A DNA stretch of 33,894 nucleotides from Paraspadella gotoi. Lineage: Eukaryota > Animalia > Chaetognatha. The notes below the pieces were generated by a model. That model worked only from the letters and a program-made list of their open reading frames with translations. It did not search any database and was not told where the DNA came from. Position numbers and translations under genes: made by a program. Of this stretch, positions 32,358 through 33,894 are shown piece after piece (position 1 is the first letter of the stretch; the number at the start of each line of letters is the position of its first letter). The DNA lies in contig CM119271.1 in NCBI GenBank assembly GCA_051294375.1, positions 8,619,916-8,653,809 on the forward strand. Reading direction: 5' to 3'.

Positions 32358-32705
32358 CCGTTTCCCGTCCGGCCGTTCCATCCACTTGTAAACGTCGAGA
32401 GCGATAAGATTTTAGAAAAAAAAAAAAGAAGAAAAATTTAAGTAATAAAAAAAAGATTAATTATTTCTTTCATTTTAACGACGATTATTAATGATGTCTG
32501 TGACGAGGGCTCATTTTTCATCGTAATCACAGATAATTATATTGAGAAAATAAGAAAAACGATATAAACACGTAATCGAATTTAAAAAAAGGGATTTTTT
32601 TTTTCTTCCCCGAAATAACCGAACGGCAATGACCGCGCGATCTTCGTTTTCGCCTCTCGGTACATTATTGCTTTTTTACTTAATGCTAAAATGTGGCATA
32701 GATAT

Positions 32706-32773
32706 TGACACGATGATGACACAATGATGACACGATTATGACACGATGATGACACGATTATGACACGATGATG
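32706..32773. repeat. 11-bp tandem repeat (TGACACGATGA)x6
   Basis: Direct reading, with TGA/TTA variants. Confidence 0.9.
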
Positions 32774-33894
32774 AAGCAATAACATAATTAATAATCAAAT
32801 CAAATAAAATCAATAATCAAATCAATAATCATGCCACACATTAAATTTACTTACAAAACTGAGAGTGACAATACTGACATAAATAAATGTCTTAAAATGA
32901 AGGATATGTAGAATGTAGAAGTTACTTGTAAAAACTAACTTTATTAAAGAAACAAATTAACTTAGAAATGACGTAATCGACATAAGTATGGCGGGTCATG
33001 CGAATTTTCAAATTTATGTTTTTTTTTCTATTCATTTGACCTTGCCATATTTTTGATAATATTAGAAATTTCGATATTTTAAGTTAGTGTTTTTCTGTAT
33101 TAAAAATTATAATTCTTGATAATAAGTCTTTATATAAGACGAATAATAATAATAATTTGCTTTTTTATTTATTGTGTGGTTAAGACTGAAGATTATTATC
33201 CGTAACCTTTTTTTTTCCAAACCCTTGCCAGCATTGGAACGGATTCGGGTCACGCCGCCACGACAGTTTACGGCCGTCCTCACACTTCCGTGGGGCAGGC
33301 AGCGGGCTGAGATAAAACCCGGTAACCCGCTGGACCGTGATAAGAGAAACTAAGTTTATGTACGCTACAATTCCCTGTTTTTTTTAAATCTTAACACAGT
33401 TGTTGCTTTGTTCTCCGCCGTTTAGTTTTATATTTTCGTCCCTTTTTTTTTATTCGTTACTCATATTGTTGCTCTTTTTTTTTTCTTTCTGTCGATGATC
33501 GAACCCTCAAACGATCGCGCCCGACGTCGATCCCCACATCTCCATTTTTCACTCGATCCGCCAAAAAAAAAAAAAAAAAGAAAAAAAAAGAGGCAAAACA
33601 GATTTTTATGTAAATTGTTGCTCTTGATTTATTTCGACGGTTATTAGATGACAAATGGACTCTCTTTTTTTTTCCTTCTCTCTCTCTCTCTCTTTCTATT
33701 TCGTATTGAATAATCTAATACGGCCCGGATCGAGCCGATAAAACGAAAGAGCCTCGCGGCCCGGGATCGAGCGTCGTAACGATCGAGCCGAGAAGAACCG
33801 GGCGTATTTTTGTAATTTAGTGACGGCCATCCATCAACCCCTTCACAGTTAATTACTTTTTTAATCCTGGGAGGCTGTGTGTGGAGTCGGTACG

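Overview
Eukaryotic (probably invertebrate animal) draft-assembly DNA: AT-rich, packed with (GA)n/(CT)n and (GAC)n microsatellites, with no visible CpG depletion and 11 N-gaps, three of them exactly 25 N. Almost all ORFs in the track are microsatellite or gap artefacts. One real spliced gene can be reconstructed on the minus strand (ATG at 11532, exons traced down to 8672, 3' end not found and probably in the neighbouring gaps). It encodes a predicted N-myristoylated protein (MGGTSS) that fuses a permuted NlpC/P60 LRAT/PLAAT-type 'H-box/NC' domain (YAHWF...VEF, NCEH, GxWxSxQ) to a TRAFAC-class AIG1/GIMAP/Toc34-like P-loop GTPase (GPTGSGKS, SVT, DTIG, YNK). All exon phases join without stops, giving 360 aa, or 373 aa with an extra 39-nt exon. 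One acceptor reads CG instead of AG. A perfect kappaB palindrome lies about 540 bp upstream. This lipid-anchored acyltransferase/phospholipase-GTPase fusion is the best candidate for an undescribed, possibly immune, system; its function is inferred, not shown. The window also holds a 3-copy interspersed repeat, a small hairpin-ended element carrying a tRNA-Gly-like fragment, several minisatellites, candidate enhancer/promoter motif clusters and gap-filling artefacts.
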